Origin: Bacteroidales bacterium
GTDB lineage: Bacteria; Bacteroidota; Bacteroidia; Bacteroidales; UBA7960
Direction of reading: 5' to 3'
Assembly (NCBI GenBank): GCA_003550725.1
Contig: PUKZ01000144.1
Span: 2,502-66,501, forward strand
DNA: 64,000 bases
This document shows positions 1-9,445 of this stretch, piece by piece. Within the stretch, counting starts at the first letter, position 1. Each line of letters begins with the position of its first letter. The notes beneath the pieces were generated by a model. It made no database searches. It saw only the letters and a program-made list of their open reading frames with translations, and was not told where the DNA came from. A program made the position numbers and the translations under genes.

Positions 1-975
1 TACTTCAAATACTTTTTTCTGAAACTTGGTGGAATTCATTTCGATGAGCAAAAACTTGAAGACGATTTCAACAATCTGGTTGCCATGCTATGCGAAGCAC
101 CTGCTGATTATTTTATGTTCAGGGATTTTCAGTCCAGAAACATCATGATAGTTAACGATGAGCCCTGGTTCATAGACTATCAAGGTGGCAGAAGGGGCCC
201 TCTGCAATATGACCTGGCTTCGTTATTATTTGATGCAAAAGCAAACGTGCCATACCGACTCAGGGAAGAACTGCTGAAATATTACCTTGAGCAACTGCGT
301 AGTTATATTGATATCGAATATGACCGTTTCATTGAACACTATTATGGATTTGCACTGATCAGAATCTTACAGGCAATGGGTGCTTATGGATATAGGGGAT
401 TTCATGAAAAAAAGCCGCTATTTTTGAAAAGCATTTCCTATGCACAGAATAATCTTGCCTGGTTAATTGACCAAAAAAAGTTTCCTGAAAACATTCCTCA
501 ATTAAAAAATATTGCAGAGCAGATAATAAATAGCGCAAAGTTTGAAAAGTTCAGGCAAGCTGATCAACAACATTCAGGACTAAAAATAGCGATCCATTCT
601 TTTTCATATAAAAGAGGAATTCCTGTTGATTTAAGTGGTAATGGCGGAGGATTTGTTTTTGACTGCAGGGCTTTGCCAAATCCGGGAAGGCTGGAGAAGT
701 TCAAAAGCAAATCGGGAAGGGATAGAGCCGTTATCGAATATCTTGAAGAAAAGCCGGAAGTTACCGGTTTTATGGATACAACATCGAAACTTGTAATAGC
801 ATCAGCAAAAAATTATATTGAAAGAGGCTTTACAAACCTGATGGTTTGTTATGGCTGCACAGGAGGTCAGCACAGATCAGTATATTGCGCTGAAAGCTTA
901 GCAAGCATTATCACAAAAAAGCTCAATGTAATAGTTGATCTCAAACACGAAGAGAATGTTAACCATCATGAATAA
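1..975 (+). CDS. AmgK/APH-like sugar-kinase domain fused to a RapZ-type C-terminal domain (5' end lies outside the window)
   Basis: Frame 1 is open from nt 1, with no stop before the listed Met at 85. The N-part has APH/AmgK kinase motifs (FRDFQSRNIM, IDYQGGRRGPLQYDLASLLFD). The C-part matches the RapZ/YhbJ C-terminal domain as I remember it (FDCRALPNPG, CYGCTGGQHRSVYCAESLA). Confidence 0.6.
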   Translation, partial: YFKYFFLKLGGIHFDEQKLEDDFNNLVAMLCEAPADYFMFRDFQSRNIMIVNDEPWFIDYQGGRRGPLQYDLASLLFDAKANVPYRLREELLKYYLEQLRSYIDIEYDRFIEHYYGFALIRILQAMGAYGYRGFHEKKPLFLKSISYAQNNLAWLIDQKKFPENIPQLKNIAEQIINSAKFEKFRQADQQHSGLKIAIHSFSYKRGIPVDLSGNGGGFVFDCRALPNPGRLEKFKSKSGRDRAVIEYLEEKPEVTGFMDTTSKLVIASAKNYIERGFTNLMVCYGCTGGQHRSVYCAESLASIITKKLNVIVDLKHEENVNHHE

Positions 976-1006
976 TCAAAAAAGTAAAATAAAATTCTTT
1001 GTTAGC

Positions 1007-1609
1007 TTACCATTTTTTTGGCAGTCCATAATCTTTTTCAGACAAGTGCTGCAGAATTTCATTCCTTAGCCTGGAGATGTTAATTATTCCGGGATTATCA
1101 GTAGCAGGCGACCTATAGTCGCTAAAATATTTTTTATATAATAAGTTGCTCTCACCAACAGGATTGTCATAACCTGTATCAATAAGCACATTTGATTCTT
1201 TGTCCCATATAAAGATATCAACAAGCCTGTTAACAGAATTGTCATAACCCGCAACATAGGCAAAAACAATATTACCATTATCCTCTATGAACCGGGCATA
1301 GCTGACACTAATAGCTGGCTTAAAGTCTTTTCGCAAAACCGAAAGCTTATCCAGCTCATTTGACTCCGGCTCAAACCGGTAGAGATATATCTCCCTGAAA
1401 TGTACTCTCTTTCGCCCTTCAACAGGCATTATAAACCAAAATGACCTGCCTCTTTGCCAAACATCGTAATCCAGCAAAAAGTAAATATAACCATCATTAT
1501 AAAAACCCGGTGAATAATTCTTAGAATATACAACCGGCCGGTTTGAGTTACAGGAAAAAACCCCGGTTATTATTAAAATCAATACGATGTTTACCGAAAT
1601 AATTTTCAT
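1007..1609 (-). CDS. hypothetical lipoprotein
   Basis: 200 aa ORF with a signal peptide and lipobox-like ITGVFSC. No recognisable family. Confidence 0.45.
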   Translation of the reverse strand: MKIISVNIVLILIITGVFSCNSNRPVVYSKNYSPGFYNDGYIYFLLDYDVWQRGRSFWFIMPVEGRKRVHFREIYLYRFEPESNELDKLSVLRKDFKPAISVSYARFIEDNGNIVFAYVAGYDNSVNRLVDIFIWDKESNVLIDTGYDNPVGESNLLYKKYFSDYRSPATDNPGIINISRLRNEILQHLSEKDYGLPKKW

Positions 1610-1891
1610 GGTTTTATGATACTTAGATATCTATGGTAAATACAACTTAAATGATTTTAAGTAAAACAATGAAACCCTCATCTACCAAAGGTTAAAAGAA
1701 AATTATAAACTTAGCGCCGGCGATCTCACGATATAATAGTAGCAAGTGACACCGGTTTTTTGGGATTACACGTTACTAAAATTTTAAATATCTAATCATT
1801 AAGATGCAAGTCATTGTAAAAACAGATTATTGGCCTAAGTTTTTTCAGATTAAACAGTTAACCTCTTAAACATTCAAGAATAATGAAATCA

Positions 1892-4450
1892 TTATATCTT
1901 AATCAGCTTTTTGGTAGTAGATTTATTATTAGATCTTCCAACAATAATATAAGTTCCGTTAACATATCCTGCAACATCTAAATTAGTAATAGTTTCAGGG
2001 TTATTGATTGACTTAATTAAAAGTCCTGATTCATTAAAAATCAATATTTCATTTAATTTATCAATTGATTCTATGGTCACATAAGTTGAGGCAGGATTAG
2101 GGTATATATGTATTAATTGATTTTTATCTGAAATAAAGCTTTCTTCAACCACGTTATGCATGCTAACATAAATATCAACCACATTTGGTTTAGACAAGCT
2201 ATAACCGTCAAAAACACAATATTTTAATGAGTCTTTACCAAAAAAGCCTTCATTTGGTTTATAAGTAAAAGACCCGTCATTAAAAATCTGAATATTTCCA
2301 TGAGCAGGTGGTTCGGTCATCAGTGGTATCATTAAATCTCCATCGAGGTCAAAATCATTTTTTAGTAAGCCATCCTGAGCACTTACAGTTACCGGAAACA
2401 CTTCATTTTCAAACAAGAAGCTATCTCTTACGGCTATTGCCGGGGTATTAAATTCATGCAACCGGTCTTTCATAACCCAGTATGAGGTTTTCTTAGTCTC
2501 TTCAAGGGTTTCCTTGTCTATATCATCCCATTTATCCCAGGCGTAACGTTGATCTGCAACAAACCATTCAGAGTTATAATAAACTGCAATATCAAAGCCA
2601 TCTGAAATAGTATCTTCGGTTTCGGGTGTATTTTTATCGTCATGTAAAACCCGGCGTTTGTCGGGTGCAACAACGTTAAGTAGTGACCACGGGATTTTTA
2701 TTTCCAGTTTATCGTCATGTATAGTAACTGCATCTTTTGACGATGGATTTTGGAAGCCGTAATTAACCTGTAGTTTTCCAATATACTGAACATCTGAGTG
2801 ATTGTAGTTGTTTTTCCAGCGTACAATATACCAGGGTGCTCCATCGCTTGGTATTGATTTAAATTTTTGTTCGGGGCCTGTAATACCGTGCCATATTCCA
2901 TATATATCATAAGCTTCTGTAACATAGAGTTCGGCAGAATAATTTGTAATATGCAACATAAATTCTGCACGGGTAGGTATTTCAGCTCCGCAGGGCAACA
3001 GTGACTCTCCGAGATCTTCAGCATAAGTATCAAATGTAATCCATAATTCATCAGGAATATCGAGCGGATTTTTTAGCCCTACTTTTAATTCAAAAAAAGC
3101 ATAATTTGCATCAGCTTTTATTTCAGTAATGGCTGATGTTTCTTCAAACTCTTTCAGGGTTATCATGTCTTGAGATTGCTCAAACTTAATAAGGCCGAAG
3201 TTTTGCTCAGCTGCTGCTATGTTATGCCATAGCACCCTGCTTTCGGGCGTATAATCGATTGGATCGGTTATCCATGTGCGTTTAAACCACTCATCAATCC
3301 AGGCAAATTGAATACCTCCGCCGCATTGGCTGTCTCGAATGGTATTCAGCATACGTATATTAGTTTCACCCTGGTTTAATTCATCAAACCCACCATGATT
3401 CATGCCTGAAGTAGCATAATGAGCTATTCCCCAGCTGGATGGCACACCATATTCAGCAATAATAAGCGGAAAATCATTGTAATGCGATTTCAGCTCGGTT
3501 AAATAACCTAAATAGCTGTTAGGACCATAATTATCATAATATTCAAGATAGCATGATTGTTGACTGATAAAATCGGGATAATAAGGGTATGCATGATAAC
3601 TTATAAACAGCCCGGCCGGGGCATTTGTTAATTCGATCTTCGAAAAATCCACAGAAGCAGTATCTTCCCATGGATTTGGTTCTTCAGGATGTGTAAGAGG
3701 ATCTAATGTAGGCCAGCTTGAAACACTGACAGGCCGTTGTGTGCTATAATTCAAAAATTCGTGATTAACAAGATGGTCAAGTTTTGAAGTGAACCAAATC
3801 TCCGATGCACTTGCATCATATATGGAAAAATGTTCACCCTCAAAATCGTGATCTCCCGGATGATTCTTATCTGTTGTGAGAATCTCATGAGGATATACTT
3901 CCCTGCCGATAATGTATCCCATACACCATCTTGAAACATCGTGTGTGTATTCCCCATAGGCCTTACCCTGCCTGGGTGGAATGGTTCTGTTGCCATGCAC
4001 ACAATCGACATTTTCCTCTATCTCAATTTGAAAAGTATCAGTCATAAAATATAAATCATTATAATAACCGGGTAATTCTTCATTGAGCCATACACCCTGG
4101 AAAAATAATAACGGGCTTTGAGGGTTTGCAAGATTAAAAGAATCCAAAGCCTCATAAAAACGAGGAAAATGTAATGTGTAAAGCCTTATGTTATTAAAAC
4201 CTGCATCTTTTATTTCTTCAAACCATTTTACATATTGCTCTTTTGTTGCAGCAAGTTCTCCCGGAAAAGTTCCAGGAACAGAAACTCCTAAATTAACACC
4301 CTTTAAAAATATCGGTATATATTCGCTGCCATTCCAAATGTTAAGATGTGTTGTATCAGTTGTATAAGGTATCGGATGGTCGTAAAAATTTTGAGCATGC
4401 AAAAACTGAAAAAACAATACGAAAAGCAAAAATAGTAATACCTTTTTCAT
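1892..4450 (-). CDS. secreted glycoside-hydrolase-like protein with Ig/cadherin-like module and T9SS C-terminal sorting domain
   Basis: Signal peptide MKKVLLFLLFVLFFQFLHA. The N-terminal region is TIM-barrel-glycosidase-like (GVNLGVSVPG, NIRLYTLHFP, IIAEYGVPSSWG). A cadherin-like segment follows (DGLLKNDFDLDGD, FTYKPNEGFFGKDSLKY). The last ~75 aa (IHIYPNPASTYVTIES...KKLIKI) are typical of a type-A T9SS CTD. The GH family is not assignable by eye. Confidence 0.6.
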   Translation of the reverse strand: MKKVLLFLLFVLFFQFLHAQNFYDHPIPYTTDTTHLNIWNGSEYIPIFLKGVNLGVSVPGTFPGELAATKEQYVKWFEEIKDAGFNNIRLYTLHFPRFYEALDSFNLANPQSPLLFFQGVWLNEELPGYYNDLYFMTDTFQIEIEENVDCVHGNRTIPPRQGKAYGEYTHDVSRWCMGYIIGREVYPHEILTTDKNHPGDHDFEGEHFSIYDASASEIWFTSKLDHLVNHEFLNYSTQRPVSVSSWPTLDPLTHPEEPNPWEDTASVDFSKIELTNAPAGLFISYHAYPYYPDFISQQSCYLEYYDNYGPNSYLGYLTELKSHYNDFPLIIAEYGVPSSWGIAHYATSGMNHGGFDELNQGETNIRMLNTIRDSQCGGGIQFAWIDEWFKRTWITDPIDYTPESRVLWHNIAAAEQNFGLIKFEQSQDMITLKEFEETSAITEIKADANYAFFELKVGLKNPLDIPDELWITFDTYAEDLGESLLPCGAEIPTRAEFMLHITNYSAELYVTEAYDIYGIWHGITGPEQKFKSIPSDGAPWYIVRWKNNYNHSDVQYIGKLQVNYGFQNPSSKDAVTIHDDKLEIKIPWSLLNVVAPDKRRVLHDDKNTPETEDTISDGFDIAVYYNSEWFVADQRYAWDKWDDIDKETLEETKKTSYWVMKDRLHEFNTPAIAVRDSFLFENEVFPVTVSAQDGLLKNDFDLDGDLMIPLMTEPPAHGNIQIFNDGSFTYKPNEGFFGKDSLKYCVFDGYSLSKPNVVDIYVSMHNVVEESFISDKNQLIHIYPNPASTYVTIESIDKLNEILIFNESGLLIKSINNPETITNLDVAGYVNGTYIIVGRSNNKSTTKKLIKI

Positions 4451-4455
4451 AATTA

Positions 4456-4860
4456 TTAACTTAAATTCAGATGGTTAATAACCCTATACCTGTATTCTTT
4501 ATCAGATTGCATTATATGGCTAATAAACCACTTTTTTATAAAAACAGTTATTTTATCAAATAATAAAGGGTTCATGTAATTAAACTCCTGCCTCATTTCT
4601 TTTATCCTTTTTATAAAAATATCATGTTGTTTCCTGTGATTCTCAAGGTCTTCATAGCCGGCCTCCTCCATTAGTTTTTCTTCAACTTCAAAATGATATT
4701 GAAGGTATTCTTCAAGCTGTCTGATTATAGTTTCAAGCTTATTGTAATCTTTAACATCAAACCCTTTATTAGCTTCATCAAATAATCGAAAAAAATCCTT
4801 ATGCTGCTGATCGATTTCGGGTATATTCAACAAATATCTATTACTCCAGTCACTTCCCAT
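4456..4860 (-). CDS. bacteriohemerythrin
   Basis: 134 aa with the full hemerythrin ligand pattern: W..RY..NIPEIDQQHKDFF, HFEVEEKLM, HRKQHDIF, WFISHIMQSD. Confidence 0.8.
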   Translation of the reverse strand: MGSDWSNRYLLNIPEIDQQHKDFFRLFDEANKGFDVKDYNKLETIIRQLEEYLQYHFEVEEKLMEEAGYEDLENHRKQHDIFIKRIKEMRQEFNYMNPLLFDKITVFIKKWFISHIMQSDKEYRYRVINHLNLS

Positions 4861-4905
4861 AATTTATATATTAATTTCAAGTTTAATTTTATAAAAAAGA
4901 TGTTT

Positions 4906-5313
4906 TTACTCAATTCTTAAATAATTAATAATTGCATTCTTGCATTGCTGGTCGTACAATATGATATGGCTGATGAACCACTTTTTGACGAAAACATTGA
5001 TTTTATCAAATAATAATGGATTCATATAATTAAACTCAAGCCTCATTTCTTTTATCCTTTTAATAAAATATCGGTGTTGTTTTTTGTGATTTTCAATATC
5101 ATCAAAACCGGCCTTCTGCATTAATTCTTCTTCCAACGACAAATGATATTTTATATAATCTTCTAAATCGCTGATTATTGTTTCAAGATGCTTTGAGTCA
5201 TTCTTTTTGAATCTTTCGGGAACTTTGTCAAACAATTTAAACAGTTCGAATAATTTGTAATGCCTATCGTCAATTTTAGGGATATTTAATAAAAGTTTTT
5301 TGTTATTATCCAT
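4906..5313 (-). CDS. bacteriohemerythrin (tandem paralogue)
   Basis: 135 aa with IPKIDDRHYKLF, HLSLEEELM, HKKQHRYF, WFISHIILYD. The C-terminal half is nearly identical to the neighbouring gene. Confidence 0.8.
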   Translation of the reverse strand: MDNNKKLLLNIPKIDDRHYKLFELFKLFDKVPERFKKNDSKHLETIISDLEDYIKYHLSLEEELMQKAGFDDIENHKKQHRYFIKRIKEMRLEFNYMNPLLFDKINVFVKKWFISHIILYDQQCKNAIINYLRIE

Positions 5314-5485
5314 AAATTTTGTTTAGAAAGTTTAAAATAGAGCTTTAAGCCCGGCAAAAATACATAAATATGAGGTAAAGATATTAATTAATTGTTTATT
5401 TATATCATTAATTTAAATACTTTTGAGTTCAGGAACATATACTGCATTATAATCTCCGGCCTTATATATCTGTCAATTGCTTAAT

Positions 5486-6919
5486 TTACCTGATTTTTGA
5501 ATCAAATGCAGTACGTGTCATAACACCCCAATTATTTTTATGTCTTTTTATAAAGAAGTCATAATTACCTTTTAGGTTGAAAAATACATTCATTGGGTGA
5601 AAAACAACCAATTCGATCATAGCAATAAGTATGATTTTAAAAAGAAACCTATATCCCTTATACTTGTTGAATAGGTAGGTTTCATAAAATACTGCAAATG
5701 ATGAAAAGAATACTGAAAAAGAAAAAACCAGTAGTAAAACCAATAAGAATATATTATAGTTTACCATTCCCAGTATCAATGCAATTGTAAAATACAATAT
5801 TCCGATAGTTTCCAAAATTGGTGCAAACCATTCAAACAAAACCCAGTAGGGGAAGCTGATTAATCCGATTCGCCCATACTTTGGGTTCAAATACATATCT
5901 TTATGTTTGAGAATTGTTTCTATTGACCCTCTTGCCCACCTGTTTCTTTGTCTTGAAAGTACTTTTAAACTTGACGGCACTTCAGTCCAGCATAATGGAT
6001 CGGGTATAAAAGCAACTTTATATTTCCTTTTTACTTTATGCATATATTTCCGCATACGCACAACAAGCTCAAAGTCTTCACCTACAGTATTTGTATCATA
6101 CCCATTTACGGCGATTGCAATTCTCTTGTCAAACAAGCCGAATGCACCGGAAATTATCAATAAGCCATTAATCTTACTCCAGGCCATTCGCCCTAAGGTA
6201 AATGCCCTGAAGTATTCGAGCACCTGGAATTTTGCCCATAAATTTTTAGGATATTTAACTTCAACCATTTGTCCGTTTTCTATCTTGCACGAATTTGCGA
6301 TACGAACAACACCTCCTGAAGCAATAACCTTTTTTTTGCTGTCTTGTTCCAAAAAAGGTTTTACCATCCGCAAAATGCTATCTGACTCTATAATACAGTC
6401 AACATCAATAGCCAAAAATAATTCCGAACGTGAAATATTAATACCTGCATTAAGGGCATCAGCTTTACCCCCATTTTCCTTATCAACTAAAATAAGATTT
6501 GAGTATGCATGATTTAAAGATTTGTAAACACCCCTTATTTTTTTTGTTTTAATTGGCTCATTAAATGCATAATTAACTTTTACCATCTCATAACTCTCAA
6601 TCACTTTTTCAAGGCTGCTATCGTTGCTGCCATCATTTACAATAATAAATTCAATCTTAGGATATTTAAGTGCGAGCAAACTGCGTATATTTTCCACCAA
6701 ATTATCTTCTTCATTATAAGCCGGGGCAATAACTGAAATTGAAGGCAATATTTTATAACTCCTTATAGTGTCAAATCTGAAATGTTTGTTCTTTTTAACA
6801 TATGATGCCAGTTCTGAGGTCGAAAATACAGCAACTAGTATATATGTTAAAAAAAGAAATGCAGCATAAATAATAAAAATATTATTAAAAATATCGAAAA
6901 ATAAACTTAGTAGCTTCAT
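5486..6919 (-). CDS. processive family-2 glycosyltransferase (PgaC/IcaA/NodC/cellulose-synthase-like polysaccharide synthase)
   Basis: N-terminal TM segment and GT-A core (SVIAPAYNEEDNL, IVNDGSNDSS). Also the DxD motif (AIDVDCII), GEDFEL and the QxxRW motif (QRNRWARGS), plus several C-terminal TM helices. Confidence 0.85.
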   Translation of the reverse strand: MKLLSLFFDIFNNIFIIYAAFLFLTYILVAVFSTSELASYVKKNKHFRFDTIRSYKILPSISVIAPAYNEEDNLVENIRSLLALKYPKIEFIIVNDGSNDSSLEKVIESYEMVKVNYAFNEPIKTKKIRGVYKSLNHAYSNLILVDKENGGKADALNAGINISRSELFLAIDVDCIIESDSILRMVKPFLEQDSKKKVIASGGVVRIANSCKIENGQMVEVKYPKNLWAKFQVLEYFRAFTLGRMAWSKINGLLIISGAFGLFDKRIAIAVNGYDTNTVGEDFELVVRMRKYMHKVKRKYKVAFIPDPLCWTEVPSSLKVLSRQRNRWARGSIETILKHKDMYLNPKYGRIGLISFPYWVLFEWFAPILETIGILYFTIALILGMVNYNIFLLVLLLVFSFSVFFSSFAVFYETYLFNKYKGYRFLFKIILIAMIELVVFHPMNVFFNLKGNYDFFIKRHKNNWGVMTRTAFDSKIR

Positions 6920-6926
6920 AATTATT

Positions 6927-8156
6927 TTAAATTATATTTATATCAGACACTTCTTTAAAAGCCTTTAATACATCAGGATCATTTGAATTCCTATATTCAG
7001 CAAACTCGCTAAAATTATTATTGAACAATACTTTCAGAGCCTCAACCTTATTAATAAGTGTTTGATTTTCTATTGCATTTTTTAATATATCTAAAAAATT
7101 ACCATCTCTTATTGAATGCATCCTTTTAAGAATGAGATGCTTTACATCATCGGGTTGTTCATCAAAACGTTCCAAAATAACTTTTACAGACTGTTTCTCG
7201 GGTAAAAGGTCAAATAAGCAGTCCCATGCAATCAGTTTTAACATATTATCATTGCTTTCAAGATGTTTATGTAAAAATATCAGATGGGCGTATTCTGTTT
7301 TTTCCCGGCATTTTATAAGCATTAATCCTATTATTGCTTTATATACACGAGGTGAAGCAACAAGCGCAGGGTAATTGATGTACATTTTAAAGTTCTTCAA
7401 AACAGCATTTATCACAACATTAATATCAAGCAATGATAAACGGTGTTGTTCTCCTATAAATGAAATAAGGTTAGCATCTTTATCCATCAATCTTATAAGT
7501 GAGGCAAAAGCCTCTGTACGAATTGCATGATTCTTGCTATTTGAGTAATATAAAATCCTGTTTTCAAAATCATTTATACGAAGATATGATAGCATCTTCA
7601 TTGCTATGATCCTTTCATCCGGATTGTCGCTATAAAGAAATACTTTTTGTTTATAATAAATTCCGGTTTCTTTAAGCAGAGTCTTAAATTTATGGCTGAG
7701 GTCTATTGTAAGTGTTTCCTGTATTTTAGTGTAAACACTAAACAGTGACTCAATCTGTAAGTGGTTTTTTGTGATTCGTTTAATTGACTTAATAAATTTA
7801 GCTTTATTATGCTCTTCATTATACCTGTCGGTTAACAAGTAATCTGTTAATCTTTCAGCAAATATTTTATCATACCGTGATTTTAAATTCAAGGCTCTTT
7901 CGCGCCTATAACTAAAATAAAGACTAAGAAAAAAAAGTATAAAAACATTAATAAATGATATGATACTAAAATATAAAACCAGATAAAGCCATAATTGCAA
8001 ATTTTTTATATAGTCATAAAAAGGATTATATATAACCATATTTAAAAACTCCACTTCAGGCTGGTAAAAAAAATAAACCATGAATAGAGCCAATAAAGCC
8101 AATATTATATAAACGCTTAATTTAAATATTTTCTTTATATATAATAGAGCAATCAT
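6927..8156 (-). CDS. membrane protein with cytoplasmic HEAT/ARM-like helical repeats
   Basis: 409 aa with three N-terminal TM helices, then an all-helical repeat-like region. It lies 7 nt upstream of the GT2 gene. No recognisable catalytic motif. Confidence 0.5.
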   Translation of the reverse strand: MIALLYIKKIFKLSVYIILALLALFMVYFFYQPEVEFLNMVIYNPFYDYIKNLQLWLYLVLYFSIISFINVFILFFLSLYFSYRRERALNLKSRYDKIFAERLTDYLLTDRYNEEHNKAKFIKSIKRITKNHLQIESLFSVYTKIQETLTIDLSHKFKTLLKETGIYYKQKVFLYSDNPDERIIAMKMLSYLRINDFENRILYYSNSKNHAIRTEAFASLIRLMDKDANLISFIGEQHRLSLLDINVVINAVLKNFKMYINYPALVASPRVYKAIIGLMLIKCREKTEYAHLIFLHKHLESNDNMLKLIAWDCLFDLLPEKQSVKVILERFDEQPDDVKHLILKRMHSIRDGNFLDILKNAIENQTLINKVEALKVLFNNNFSEFAEYRNSNDPDVLKAFKEVSDINII

Positions 8157-8167
8157 ACTTTTTACTT

Positions 8168-9412
8168 CTAAAATCTTTGTTTATATATTATTTCAATAAG
8201 ATATCTGTGCCTATAATTATCTGGAATATATTCTTCGTAAGCATAACCGGCTGATAATTTCAATTCATTATATTTTCCAATAATCATATTTCTTTCAAGC
8301 TTAAATTGGTAGGTGTTCAGCCTTAATTTTTCAAGTGATGGATCAATAGCATGTCTTTCATCGGGCGAGTTGCCATATGCCAATTCCAGGCCCCAATAAT
8401 TTAAAGGGCTATCTCCAAAGAGCCTATAGTTTAAAACCGTTGAAAGCGTATTACCCATTTCACTAATAACATAATAAGGCCTGAATGCAAGCCACGACCT
8501 TGAAAAATAATATCCCAAATGACCGGTGGCTATATAAACATGATCTTGTTCTGCATTAAAGTAACGACCTCCCAAACTCCCCTCCATACTGTCAAACAAA
8601 GGCAGGTAATACTCAATCCCCGCCCTGTGGCTGGGGAAAAGTTCATCCCTAATACTAATTCCGTAATTAGTATACAAATAATGGCCATTTTCGAAAATGT
8701 GGTAATAATCGGCTTCTGCCATCAGATCGTAGGTATTAAAACGATAGGCATAATTTAAACGCGGAATTAAAGTATGCTTGCCAATTTTGAAACCATAGTC
8801 GAAATAAACCCAATGATGAGGCTCAGGATCATTGCCTTCAAAAAAATCTGCTGAATAAAAAACAGTTGCAATATTTTGCCTGTCAAGTATAAGTATATCT
8901 TTATATATTGACTTTATTTCAGTTGAATCTAATAAGGAAATATTGTTTTCAATGTAATCTATGCCTTTAGAGTACTCACCCAGACCCTTGTATGCAAGTA
9001 TACTTTTGAGGTCAAGATTATAACTGTCCGGATAATTATTATCCCTGGCAACAGATATTGTGCTAAGTAATTCTTTGTAATCACCTTTCCATAACAATAT
9101 GTTGAGCCAACTATCATATAGTTCCTTATAAGCAGGATTCACCTCATAGGCTTTGTCTATATAATCGAGGGCTTCAGAGTATTCACCCTGCCAGGCATAA
9201 ACATTAGCAATAAAAACCATTACATCATAACGGCAGCTATCAGCTTCAAGAATTTTTTTACAATTCTCTATAGCTTCATTGTAGTTTTGTAATTGAGATT
9301 GCTCTATGGCAGCATTAAACAAAGAATCAACATTATCCTGGCTAAAAGCATTAAATGTAAAACAATTAATAATAACAATAATAATAACAAATATTTTTTT
9401 GACCATTAACAT
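8168..9412 (-). CDS. TPR-repeat plus outer-membrane beta-barrel protein (YaiO/PgaA-like exopolysaccharide porin candidate)
   Basis: Signal peptide, then TPR-like repeats in the N-half (YNEAIENCKKIL, GEYSEALDYIDKAYEVNP, GDYKELL). The C-half has alternating aromatic strands and ends in a terminal Phe (IYKQRF). Confidence 0.6.
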   Translation of the reverse strand: MLMVKKIFVIIIVIINCFTFNAFSQDNVDSLFNAAIEQSQLQNYNEAIENCKKILEADSCRYDVMVFIANVYAWQGEYSEALDYIDKAYEVNPAYKELYDSWLNILLWKGDYKELLSTISVARDNNYPDSYNLDLKSILAYKGLGEYSKGIDYIENNISLLDSTEIKSIYKDILILDRQNIATVFYSADFFEGNDPEPHHWVYFDYGFKIGKHTLIPRLNYAYRFNTYDLMAEADYYHIFENGHYLYTNYGISIRDELFPSHRAGIEYYLPLFDSMEGSLGGRYFNAEQDHVYIATGHLGYYFSRSWLAFRPYYVISEMGNTLSTVLNYRLFGDSPLNYWGLELAYGNSPDERHAIDPSLEKLRLNTYQFKLERNMIIGKYNELKLSAGYAYEEYIPDNYRHRYLIEIIYKQRF

Positions 9413-9445
9413 ATTGTTTTGTTATTTAAAATATAAAAAGCATTT

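Noticed and set aside
5907-6512. 201 aa plus-strand ORF
   Set aside because: It lies entirely antisense within the GT2 synthase gene, whose motifs (DxD, QRNRW) validate the minus frame. Its sequence is low-complexity with no motifs.
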